DNA of 64,000 nucleotides from Lepidodermella squamata (taxonomy: Eukaryota > Animalia > Gastrotricha): positions 3,410,001 to 3,474,000 of the forward strand of contig JBLDXI010000017.1 in NCBI GenBank assembly GCA_047495785.1, written 5' to 3'. Under the pieces are notes generated by a model, which saw only the letters and a program-made list of their open reading frames with translations, ran no database searches and had not been told where the DNA came from. Position numbers and translations under genes: made by a program. Below, piece after piece: positions 49,206 to 60,372 of the stretch (within the stretch, counting starts at the first letter, position 1; every line of letters starts with the position of its first letter).

Positions 49206-49343
49206 GGTTAACATCAGTTTTATGTTGTTTTTTTTTTATTTTTTTTCTTTCTCTTCACAACCCATCGGAAATTCACAAAGCCAGTCTCAAGCGCAGAAAC
49301 CAACAATCATTTTATTGCGAAATAAAATCGGCATGAAAAAAGG

Positions 49344-50062
49344 TTATTTTCGAATCCCAGATTCTTGAAATAATTTAACAACATCTCTCCGCATGGTATT
49401 GTAAGCCAAAGAATAAGGCGTATCTCCATTGCGATCAACCGCCTTAACATCAGCACCTCGCTTCAGCAACAATTTCACAACCGCCACTCGGTCATTCCAG
49501 GCCGCGGCGTGTGACCCATGACATTCGGAATATTAAGGAGGTCAGGTTTTGAATCGAGTGAAACAGCTACAATCGGTTCATAGCCAAGAGAAGACGCTAG
49601 ATGAACGCCGTTAGACGCACGTTCCGAGTCTTTCGCCTCAATATTGGCTCCTTTGCTAAGCAAAAATTCAACAATACTCAATTGACCAGACATCGCCGCG
49701 ACTAGTAGAGCAGTTCGGCCAAACTTGTCAGCTTTTTCTAAATTAGCACCATTTTTAACAAGCATTTCCGCACATCGAATTTGCCCGTTTGTCGCAGCTA
49801 CGATCAACGCTGTTTCCCCGGCTCGGTTTAACATGTCGAGATCGGTGCCGGCTTTTATCAGCATTTCTAAAACTGGTAATTGACCACTAGCAACTGCCAG
49901 ATGAACGGCAGTATGGCCCCAACGGCTGCCGTCATGCGCTTTGAGCAGTTCGGCTTTATTAGGCTGGCTTAGCAGTTCACGAATCGATTGCAAGTTACCG
50001 CTTCGAATGGCGAGATGCAACGCCCCATGGTTATTTGCGTTGACTTTAATCGTCGAGGCACC
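49344..50062 (-). pseudogene. Ankyrin-repeat gene with a frameshift near 49505
   Basis: Clear repeats (GHTAVHLAVASG, GETALIVAATNG, GRTALLVAAMSG); after GHTP the repeat continues in another frame (AAWNDRVAVVKLLLKRGADVKAVDRNGDTP...GIRK*). Confidence 0.75.
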
Positions 50063-50345
50063 CTAGAGCAAGAAGACGAGGTCGAATTATTACTTTCAAT
50101 AAGAAATAAAAAAACAGCTTTTAATTTCAAGGATTTCCCATTAGCTCTAGAATTAGCAGTAATATTCCTCAGACCTTGAATTAAATGATACAGATAGGAA
50201 AAGGCGACCGAAGCAACCAAGAAACTTTAGTATATTTTTGGGATAATAAACAAAAATTGGGATTCGAAGACTTAAACCGATCATTACATCGAATTCGAGA
50301 CAAGCTTGAGCCGAAGCGACCTACAAGGTCACAGCATGGTTCACA

Positions 50346-50930
50346 TTGCTGACAAGCCCCGATAAGAAAACGATGAAATATATGCGAAATCAGCGCGGCG
50401 ATTTGGTGGTACGTCATCACGAAATCGTCCTCGACATTCGCAAACCAGGCGCCTCCGTGGTTTTCGCAACAGACGCCGACCTAATTCGACTCGCTTATAG
50501 CGAGCGTTGGCTTGTAGATGGTACTTTTAAGTGCGTTCCCGCGATTTTTTATCAACTTGACACTTTTCTATCACTGGTTGACAACAACAAATTCGCAGTT
50601 CATGGCGGCTTTGTGATTATGACCAACAATTTTTCGTTTACTTTGAAACTTTCTGGTTTCGCAGTGGCGCTGTTCAGGGCTTCGAAAAGCGAAACAATAA
50701 CTTTGCTGAGGGAAGTAACAATAAAATGAACAAAAATTCAAGGTTCCAGTTTTTGCAATCTTATGCTGGAACCAGAAGCAGAAACTCGCGCTGCTCTTGA
50801 CCAAATCAAAGTGAAGAACTACAAGGCGCCAGCAAACCGTGTCTATCAGCGGCTCAACGAACGCTTTCGAGCCTATTTCAAAGACTCGGCGGATGGGCTT
50901 TAAGCAATAATACAACAACAACGAAGCTGC
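50346..50930 (+). mobile_element. Mutator/MULE transposase remnant
   Basis: VVFATDADLIRLAYSERWLVDGTFKCVPAIFYQL...FVIM, the typical MULE DGTF motif; truncated and frameshifted afterwards. Confidence 0.85.
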
Positions 50931-52580
50931 CCAAAAAAGTTTAAGAGCGGAACCCTGGCGCGGTCGCTCACTGATCTAGTTCAATAGCCATCGACCGACA
51001 TTGCCTAATGAACTACGACATGTACCTACTAACAATCTGGTATTTTCAAAGATTCAACTTTAAACTGTTCTAGTATTTTAGGACAAATCGGGCTGAAATA
51101 TCCACCTCAAGATAATCCCCCTGCTGAGCTTGCTCAAGAACCACGGACTCATGGAAATATCCAGCGTACATCCAAATGTTAACCGATATTGTGCTTCGCT
51201 GAAGGTGGCTGCAATTTTACATCGATTAAGAGAGAAAAAATGGCGAAAAACGGCCGCGGCGGAAGGCTCGAACGCGAAGATGAACAAGCGCGCCAAGTCC
51301 TACCATATAAATGCACGGCGGTTGATCGAATTATTTTTTGGGATGACAAACCGCAGGCGGCTGCCAAGGTCAACTTACAATGACTAGTTCGCTTGCTTCG
51401 TCCTATAGAGTAACTTATCTCGCGGCACATATAGCGCATAGCGAAGATTGAAACTATTGAGTGTAGGCGATTGCTGTGTTTGTTTTGTTATTTTTTTAAA
51501 CTTAACAATGAAACCACTCTCGAATTTTCACACTAAGAAAACCAAAGGATGCGCCCGCCTCAAATTAACCGTCATAATGTTTGATGTGCGTTGATAAAAT
51601 TGCCCCTATAGCTCAAAGGCGAAACCAATGATGCTATCACAAGAAATGTGAGTAATACTTGTTGGTTCTTCTCCATTTCCCCGAAATTTACTGGCTCAAT
51701 TGACTGTTTCAGCCAAACATCTTTCCGCAGTGAGTTCAATGACTCTTAATTTCTCGGTATATCTCTTAATTTGCAAGCGTTCAAAATAAGTCTACCTGGC
51801 TGCAAACTCCGTCGCCGTCCTTTCGGCTGCATGTTCCTTCAGTTTCTGCTCGGCAGAGCGCGACAACCGACAGAATGCCAACAAGAAGCAGCCTATTATC
51901 AAGCGTCATTGTTGCGCTAATAAGAACCTGTGTTGCCTAAAGGGTAGGTAAAACAATGACACAACATGATAACAAAACCGTATTCCCGATCAAAAATTTT
52001 ACTTCTCAACAACCATGTGTTTCGTTATTCAGGCTCATCTTATTATGGCTTCTTTATAATTTCTTCATTGGAATTTATAAACAAAATGGGAGGACAAGGA
52101 CGGAAATATCATATTACATATACAGAGAGAAAGGATAAGATGCAAGAATGGCGGCGGAACTGAATTCCTAAAAGATCACATCAGGTCAAAACTTCAAATG
52201 GTGTCTATGTACAAAAAGCCATATTATCTTTCTCTGTAAAATTTGATTTCCTCCGACTCAAAATCTATTCATTATAAGCGTATTTTCCATAAAGCAACAA
52301 GTGCAAAGAAATTTGAAGATTGCTTTTTAGCGAAATAAATCACTAGCTTTTCTTATTGTCTCTTCATCATAAAATAGAATAGTAGTAAGCTAACAATGTC
52401 GTAAGAAATCGAGAAAAACGAGCTGTCGTTAGAGTGCAACAATTTCGCAAAAAAGCAGCATCCTGCATAACTGGACTGGAGCCCACAACTCTAACAAAAA
52501 AAATTGCGATATAACTTTAGATGTGATAATATTATTAGCGATAAAAGAACGTTCGGCTTTAGAAAAATGATGATTAAACG

Positions 52581-54334
52581 CTAAGAATTATTAGAACGAG
52601 GTCGAGAAAAGACGTAGTCTTCTGGAGCGAGGGCGCTGGTCGCCATGATTGAATCTGAAATCAAAGCACCAGTAAAACATATACGACGTGAAATCTGGAT
52701 AATTTACCGAGCAACCAGTTTGGAGGCACAACAAATGAAGTAACACTGGAAGATGGCTTCACTTTTTCGCCACTTTTTTGAGCAATGATGATTCGCGCTT
52801 CGTTGGCCGAGCGCACAAGACGACCGGCACACAAGCGAACGAGTTGCACGACGTCGTGTTGCTTAGGTTTCACCAAATCCGGCGAAACGAAAATGCCACC
52901 CGAGCCGTGTAAAATAGGCAAAATACATGAAAGACCAATGGCGCCACCGGACGCCGCGTTCGATTCATCTTCGTCTTCATTGGTCGGCGAAATACGCTTT
53001 CCACGACGAGATCCGCTAACTTCTTCACTAGACTTAGCACTCTGCGCTTCTAGTCTTGATATCCTAGTCGCCTAAACGAACAAAGGGCTCAATAAAAATG
53101 AATTAACTATGCTGCATTTCTACTAACCCTGCAATGAGGGAAAAATGAGACGGCTTCAAATTCCTCTTCTGATAGCCAGTGACCAGCATCGACGGAGGCT
53201 GAGACCCATTCCGCTGAAACAATCCAGCAACCCCGGCAGACAGCTCTCAAGACGTTGAGAGTCCGTCGAGCGGCGCCGCAAATGAGATGCGTTGTAGTTC
53301 GTGAGACTTCTTCTTGAATCGTAAAACCGCCTAGTTTTGCAACCGCTTCTCGCACGAATTCTTGCTCATCGTCGTGAAGACTGGTAGTAACAATAACACC
53401 GCGACTGCGGTAAGATTCGGCGTTCGATATGGAAGTGCCTAGATTGCCGATCGTCCGTCGCCTCTTGATTGCAGCAGCTTTTTGCTGCTTAGGCTGAGTG
53501 TCGATGGTGGGTTCCTCGACCGAGCGTTTGCGAGATTCGTTCAGAAAATCGCCGAAAGACGGCCGAGAGACGAAGCTGCTATTTGCCGTAACACCTGATC
53601 GCCGCTCGCCGGAGATGTCAGACGCCGATGGAAATTTATGCCTCTCCATTTCTCGATCGATACGCTCAAGTCGTTCCTTGGCCATCTCAAATATTTCTTT
53701 TTTCTTCTCACCGATGCTCTTTATTTTTTGCTCGATACGAGGCGAGGTCTCTTTAGCCATTTTGTCCATATCTTCTTTAATAAAATTCAACCGTGTAACT
53801 AATCGCTTGCAATCGTAGATATCCCTCGTTGTAATCGAAGATTGCAATAATTCGGGATAGCGTGGATCCGGTGGTAATTCTGGCTGATTAGCTTCATCTG
53901 CACTTGGCGAAGAAGACGAGGAGTCTGGCGGTGGCGATTCTTTAGGCGTATCACAATTCTTTTGCTTAAAGAGGGCGTCAATGCGGTCTTGGACAGTTAT
54001 TAGACGACCATTGGCATCCACCCATCCTTCTTTTTTGTCGATGTCATGTCCGACTTTGAATTTCTCGTAATTTCGGCGGACTCTCTTTGGTTTAGCAGAA
54101 CCAGACTTCTTATTTTCGCTGGTATTGGCAGATACGTTTGCACTTATGTCGGCAACAGCGCTAATTTTGGTTGATTCATGTAAGGGCGGAGAGAGCATTA
54201 TTGGTATACTGCTGTTCATTTGAGGCGGAGGCTTTTTAGCTTTGCCTTTGAGAACCCTGCATACATATTGTATTAATAGAACTCGTAAAGAATTCATGAT
54301 CCGAGACTTACGGTGTTTTGAAGGTGCTAGTCAT
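52581..54334 (-). CDS. MCPH1: Microcephalin-like protein with tandem C-terminal BRCT domains
   Basis: IVTTSL...TTTHLICGAARRTLNVLRAVCRGCWIVSAEWVSASVDAGHWLSEEEFE matches MCPH1 BRCT2; a second BRCT (IFVSP...LVRLCAG...WLL|DSI) follows; four exons in frame from MTSTFKTP. Confidence 0.85.
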
Positions 54335-55539
54335 AGCCGGGGGGCCAAGACCAATAAATAATAGCCTATGTAAAAATTTAGCGATTTAAAATTTAAGATA
54401 TGCAAAAGTAACGAATATGATGCGTGATATGATATAGGGCCTCCAACGAAAACCCGTGTTTACACAAATCAAGCGCCAATAGTAATCAAAAAGCGATCGT
54501 GAAGAGCTTCCCGTTTAGCCGAATGGCTAATCACGAAACAGCAAGATTCAAGATTCAAGATCCTAAAACATAAAACATCCCAGTCCCCAGCACTCAGAAC
54601 ATCTTTCAGATATAGGAGTGCAGATAAGTATGCCGAGGAACCGCGAAGTGGATGTCACAAAACAGAAAAAGGATCGTAGTAGTCCAGTATCCATTTCCAT
54701 CAGAGAGAAACAGCAACTTGTTATCACGTCACGTGCTCATGAATAACTGCCCAGTTTAAAGTAGTAGTGAAGTAGAGAAACGACCATCATAGCTGTGGTC
54801 ATGACGAACATGGATAGCGCTATTGATGCTTGCAAGTTCTTTAGACAACAGCTTTGGTAGGGTAACAGGTAACACGCGCTCGACCAAGATACTTCTTTTG
54901 ACCACATTATTTTGCCCAGCGTTAAGCTAAAGATAACTTTAGAAAATTCAAATGAGATTATTTGAACATTTGGTGGACCATGGGCCATCCTACGCACTAC
55001 AAAATCTGTGCAAAAGCTGAGATGTCTAACCGCAAGAAACGAGAACAGAGAGGTCAAGCCCACGCATTTCGCGCTACGCCCCCATCGATTGTTTTCAAAC
55101 CTGAAACCGTGCAAAAAGCGGGTGAAGCCAACTCAGTCAAGGTCAATAAAAATAAAAAATCATAAATCGTTAGTAACAAAATAATTTTCAACATCAATAA
55201 TGAATAGATTTCATTAAAATGATTGACTTGCTCGCGCCAGTTGATTTCAACGAGAGACGCCCTTAGGGTTTGGAGCTTAGGAAGTTCTCGTCAAACATGC
55301 AATTCAACTTTGAGCGCCCGACTTTTGATTTTTCAATTTTCATCAAACTAGCCAGTCTACCCGTAATTCCCCGCTATTTGCCGGGGCTGGTCAGACCAAG
55401 GAGATGGCGGTTCAATATCAAGTAGCCTTGAATCGTTGATTGAATAACTCAGAACTCTATGGCAAATTTTTACTGGGCTGGGCCGGACCTCTCCGGCCAA
55501 AGTCTTCGCCAGAGAATTACCACTGCGCTCGCTGACATC

Positions 55540-56230
55540 ACCGCTCACAGCCGTTTACAAAGGCCACGCACGAGTAAGTGAAATTCTTAGGCACTAAGCA
55601 ATCTCGAAGGAACCGGTTAGTACAGCCCAGCCTATAGCCTTGTTTGTTTCGACCGAGGACCGAGGATCTCACTAGGGCATGGGGCATGCTAGGTCCTCCG
55701 TTGTGAGTTGTTAGTACCGAGTTATCGATTGTTACTCGTCTTGTCTGTTCAGTATTGAGCTTGTCGAGAAGCAAAGCGTCAATGGGGTGCCATTTGCTCT
55801 CGGGTCAATTCTTTTCAGAGCAAAATCTTGATCAGGTGAACAACTTGGCTTGACGCAGCTAATGATTGAAACTTAGATTTTCACTTTAGAATTTAGAAAT
55901 TTAATTTGGGCTTAAGGATCGCCTTCAATCCGACATCAGCCGGTTGAGTGACTGGTTAGCAGCAAATAGCTTACTAGTCAATGGGAAAAGTCATAGATGA
56001 TAATAATAGCCACTGATCCCGATGCACTTCCCCCAGACATCTGCATCAAAATCGAAAATACGAGAGTCCAAATCACCAAAATCCTGGGCTACATTGTTTA
56101 CAACAAACCCTTGCACACCGAGGAGCTGAAACATGTGGGCAACAACACCAGGGGTGGTCTCTTTCTAAAATTCGCGAAAAACCCTCAACCTTTGGAAGCT
56201 GTGAACACAAAACAAACTTTAACATGAAAG
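55540..56230. mobile_element. Degenerate CR1/L2-type LINE reverse-transcriptase fragments
   Basis: Plus strand: RLQSDISRLSDWLAANSLLVN and KILGYIVYNK; minus strand: TRRVTIDNS...SSVLG (weak QGSVLGP-like). Confidence 0.55.
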
Positions 56231-56363
56231 AATGGCTCAATTTTGCATAATTCTGCTCCTTGCGTTACTCCGCATTATTCCGATAAAAAAGATCATCGAA
56301 TAGCTAAAAAAGAGCATCGAAACTTTGCTAACGTAGTCTGATTGGACAAAAACTTGACCATTT

Positions 56364-57160
56364 TTACTTCGTAAAAACAAAAAGCAAGTAAGCGATGAAA
56401 CCGACTATCAAAGTAGCAATGCAAATTGCACGGTCGTCGATGACAACGCCTCCGATGACACAGGGCTGTGAGATTTTCACATGAACGGCTCTATTAGGAA
56501 TAACTTCAACCTTGCGATTAACAGCGTCGCACAACTCAATGTCATCCTTGCAAAACTGCAGCAATACACGACAGAATCGCTTCGCAAAATCCATCGATGC
56601 GTCTTTCTTGTGGTTTGTGAAAAATTTGGGAGTGGCTTCAAGTGCTGCCAGTTCCAACGCATAACGCGACATGTTGCTGTAGCGTCCGATGTAGAAGAGA
56701 GCGTTCAATTTCGGAAAAACGTCACCGAACGCGACAGCTCTGCACGAGGCTTGCAACTGAGCGCCGGCCGCACCGCCACTGGGCCTCAATGATTCGAACA
56801 GCTCGTAGACCAGCATTTTCGTTCGGCAGTGGATATGAAACCTGCGATAAATCATTAAAAAACCGAAGTATCATCAAAATGTCACAAACGGATCACAGTG
56901 CGGAAACGGCTTCTCCTCGAAACTGCCTGCGTCCAGTTGGCTTTCTTTTGAGCAGCACAAAACCACAGCTTTGTAGTCGCGATCGACCCCAATATAGACA
57001 TCGTAGAATTCCGCAATGTCTAGTTGTAGGATGCTGTTAATTACCGCTCGATTTTTCTTTTGAAACGCCGACACCAGTGCAGCTCTTTCATCGCCATAAG
57101 TGGTGGAGTTCATCGAGTAACAGCGTATCATCAGCAGCTGGGGCGAGAATCTTCATAACT
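56364..57160 (-). CDS. Unknown protein with a C-terminal transmembrane anchor (5' end unclear)
   Basis: Two coding-like exons ending ...ICIATLIVGFIAYLLFVFTK*; upstream frame ambiguous. Confidence 0.45.
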
Positions 57161-57533
57161 GCACTGTAGAACACAGAATGTGAAACCGCTAGGCAATAAT
57201 TCATCATTTAGGGCGGTTTCAGGTTAAGCATACATATATCTTCATCTTGACATCAGCGTCATTTATAAGCGTTTATACTTGAATTAATCGCAACGTTGAA
57301 TTGCGCTAATACACTGAGGATAATGTCCTCTTATTGCAGAGTGTATACGCATGAAGGTATGAGCAGCCTGTCATTATTCTTCTGTAATGTTCCATAGAGG
57401 CCTAGTTTTTATAGCATTTTTATTCGGGATCAAATTGGCAAGAGTAAAACAATGGTGCGTTGCTGATTACGGTTGAATGGATCGGTAAAAAATGTAGGTA
57501 TCTGAGTCAGTTCACCGCATTGTAGAATATTTA

Positions 57534-58617
57534 TTACAATTCGTCGTTGTGCTCCGATTCAGTTCGCTTGACAGCTGAAAAATCAAATAAAAAATTGCTT
57601 AATTTCCGAATAATAACATAAAATTCTTGTGTTTACCTATTTTGTAGGTGACAACGTTGTACTTCTCGTCGGGGCAGCAATCGAAGGCTTTCTGCTCAAT
57701 AGTTGCCGAGTGCGAGACTAGCTCGATACCAGGTGACTCGTTGAAGTAGGACACAATCAAGTCACCTTTACCGACATCGTCGCCATCAATGTCGATTTCG
57801 ATCTGCGCCGCATCGTGAACCCAGCTGCCAACGATGAATGAGCACGTCTTGAAAAAGATTTTCCGCTATAATTTCACAGCAATATCGTGCAAATAAGTCC
57901 TACCAACTGATCTTTGACCTTAGGATCCGCGTCGCAGGAAGTTTTAAGAATGACCCGGGGCACCCAGATAACAGTGCCATCGCTCTTGATCACAACGTCG
58001 GTCTCCTCCATGTCTTCCGCTAGTTCGGCTGCGCTCTGGTGGTAACTTAATAAGAGAAACATAAATCGATAACATTTGAAAACTTGAAATCTTGAATTAA
58101 GATCATACGGTTACAATATACCGTAGTCACGATACCAGAAATATTATGTTTCGTGAAACATACTCGTTGTAGAACGAGATGTCAGGGGTCCAAATGTCTT
58201 CGCCGGAAATCGCAATCTTTTCAGCTCCACCGAATTCCTCTGGTTTCCATTCAAGGAAAGGATCGTGCCAAGACATTTGCAACCAAGCATCAACGGTGAC
58301 GAATCCTTTTTCAAGGCTCAGGATCTTATTTAGACTGAATCCAAGGCTCAATTTAACAGGATCCTTACTATAACAAACATATAAGGAAATATAAGGAAAA
58401 TTGACGATGGGTGCGTGGCTTACACTTCGGTTACGGGACGCCCTTCCACACCAAGGTCATCATAGATTTCCAGGAGATGCCTTGCAAGAGCCTTCTCAGG
58501 TGCATCAAAAGTTGTCTCCTCAGCGTCAGCTTCATCATCGGCAGCGGCAGCCTGCTCCGAACAGTAGGCATTAGCAGCCAGTAGCGCTGCTAGAATTAGA
58601 GCGAAAATCTTCGACAT
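57534..58617 (-). CDS. Soluble acetylcholine-binding-protein-like Cys-loop ligand-binding domain
   Basis: Signal MSKIFALILAALLAANAYC; RPV, WLQMSWHDPFLEW, IWTPDISFYN, SDGTVIWVP, hydrophilic Cys-loop CDADPKVKDQLTC, GSWVHD, loop C FDCCPDEKY; stops with no TM helices: ...VKRTESEHNDEL*. Confidence 0.9.
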
Positions 58618-59270
58618 TTTAAGATCTGTTACAGATCTAGAACAAATTATCAGTAGAGTTAATAACTATAGAGTTTTCGCAAATAATATTAGGATTCAAG
58701 TGGCAGATATAATGGCGATGGTGTTGGGGTAAATAACGGCCTCCATATCCAGGGTTCTGAATTGATTTGCCGAGAGATGCCTCCGCCAAGCTGCACGTTT
58801 ACGTTATATAGGTACTGATTTGGAGTGTACTGCGATTCACGGCATTTTTTGCAGATAATTATAGCACAGTTCCTGTAACACTCTTTGCCTTTATTCATCT
58901 CTTTTTTTCTCGCGAATAAATGCTTTTTTCTGGCTATATCATAACACGCGCAATGCCTTTACAACATATAACGCCGACTGTAGATGAACTATTTGCGCAT
59001 GTTTTTTTTCATATCGGATCTGCGAACCTTCAGCATCCGAAGGTTTTATTCGTCCTGCGGAGAAGGCTGCTCTTTATAATGCGCTAACTACTGAGCTTGC
59101 CAAGTGGCGACTCGGAGACTCATGCGGTGCTTTACGGCTTCACCCTGTTTTATGCACTATGTTTTATTGGTCATCTTGGAGATATAAAATCGTCGGGATT
59201 AACAAATATTGGAAATAAGATCAACAAGTGTGCGTTTGAAAGACTATTAAAATGGCGAGATGAAACTTTT

Positions 59271-59796
59271 TCACAGGCAAAGCTTCAACGCCAAAGCTGC
59301 AATAAGAGCCATTGGTCCTATACAAATTTTCAGTTGCTTCGGCGAAGATCCAGTGACGCTCGAACAGGCTTGACCAATGCAGTTACATCCATCGTAGTTG
59401 CTGTTATATAAACATTTAGCAAATTGGATGAGAAAAAACAATCAGTTAAAGGATATACCAGCAATTCAGAATGTCATCGGGACTCAGGGGCGGGCTAGCT
59501 ACTGGGGTGATTTCAAGCTGATTGTTGGTCACAGCTGGAGATGTTGGAACTTCTCGACGGTGAAGCGAGTTATCAGAGGGACAGTTCAGCGTAGATGCGC
59601 AGCTCTGAACAGTTTGCCCGGTTGCAGCTGACCATTCGAGCCGGCAAAACTGGTCTGTTGGTGAGCAGGCGACGAGTGAAGCTGTTTGACAATTCTCAGC
59701 CAGCCCCTGGCATTGAAAGCACTGAATGGCTCGCGCAAAATCCACACCGGTCACAGCTAGAAACACCACAAAAGGTGCTGTAGTGGCAAAGCTCAT
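59271..59796 (-). CDS. Ly6/uPAR three-finger GPI-anchored protein (quiver/lynx-like architecture)
   Basis: Signal peptide, IQCFQC start, 10-Cys pattern ending CCNYDGCN across intron 59401-59458, hydrophobic GPI-type tail PMALIAALALKLCL*. Confidence 0.88.
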
Positions 59797-60372
59797 TTCG
59801 AGTGATAAAGTGTACAATTTTGTCTTGTGGAATTTATGGGAGGGGAAGTCATAGATGCAATTCATTTATAGTCCGATGTATTTTATTAAAACAGTTGTTA
59901 CATCAGCAAAAATTGAGCTCATCAACAAAAACGTCATCGAAAATTGAAAATGGCGATATTATGCGCTTTGTCAATTTGTCGCACTCAAAATACCCGAAAC
60001 GTTTCTATATATAGTAATGTTGTGGTTTTATATCGGACAAAACTGCCTTTTGAGGATTCGAGGTAACGCAATTTATTAACGCGTTTTGTACCAATAAATG
60101 CGCTTCAAAAAGCTGCAGAATCCAGTATGTCTACATTTATATGATTTTAAATATCGTTTACAATTTATGATCAAAGCCATAAGTTTCCGAAATTAGTCCA
60201 AGTCTTGGTCACATTATTGAAAGTAATGGAACCATATTAGTTGATACTGGCGCTGAAGAACTGTTCCAAGAATAGCTGAAAACGTTTCAAAAGGAAGCAA
60301 TTCATAATCATTATTGTTTTATTTTATTGCAATAAAGTTTTCGGGTTTAACAATCTCTTCTTTGCACAATAT

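Noticed and set aside
49121-49336. 71-aa ORF over the tRNA
   Set aside because: Spurious translation of tRNA-Thr and its T-rich terminator
51078-51960. Short coding-like pieces between the MULE remnant and MCPH1
   Set aside because: Could not assemble a stop-free spliced model or recognise a family
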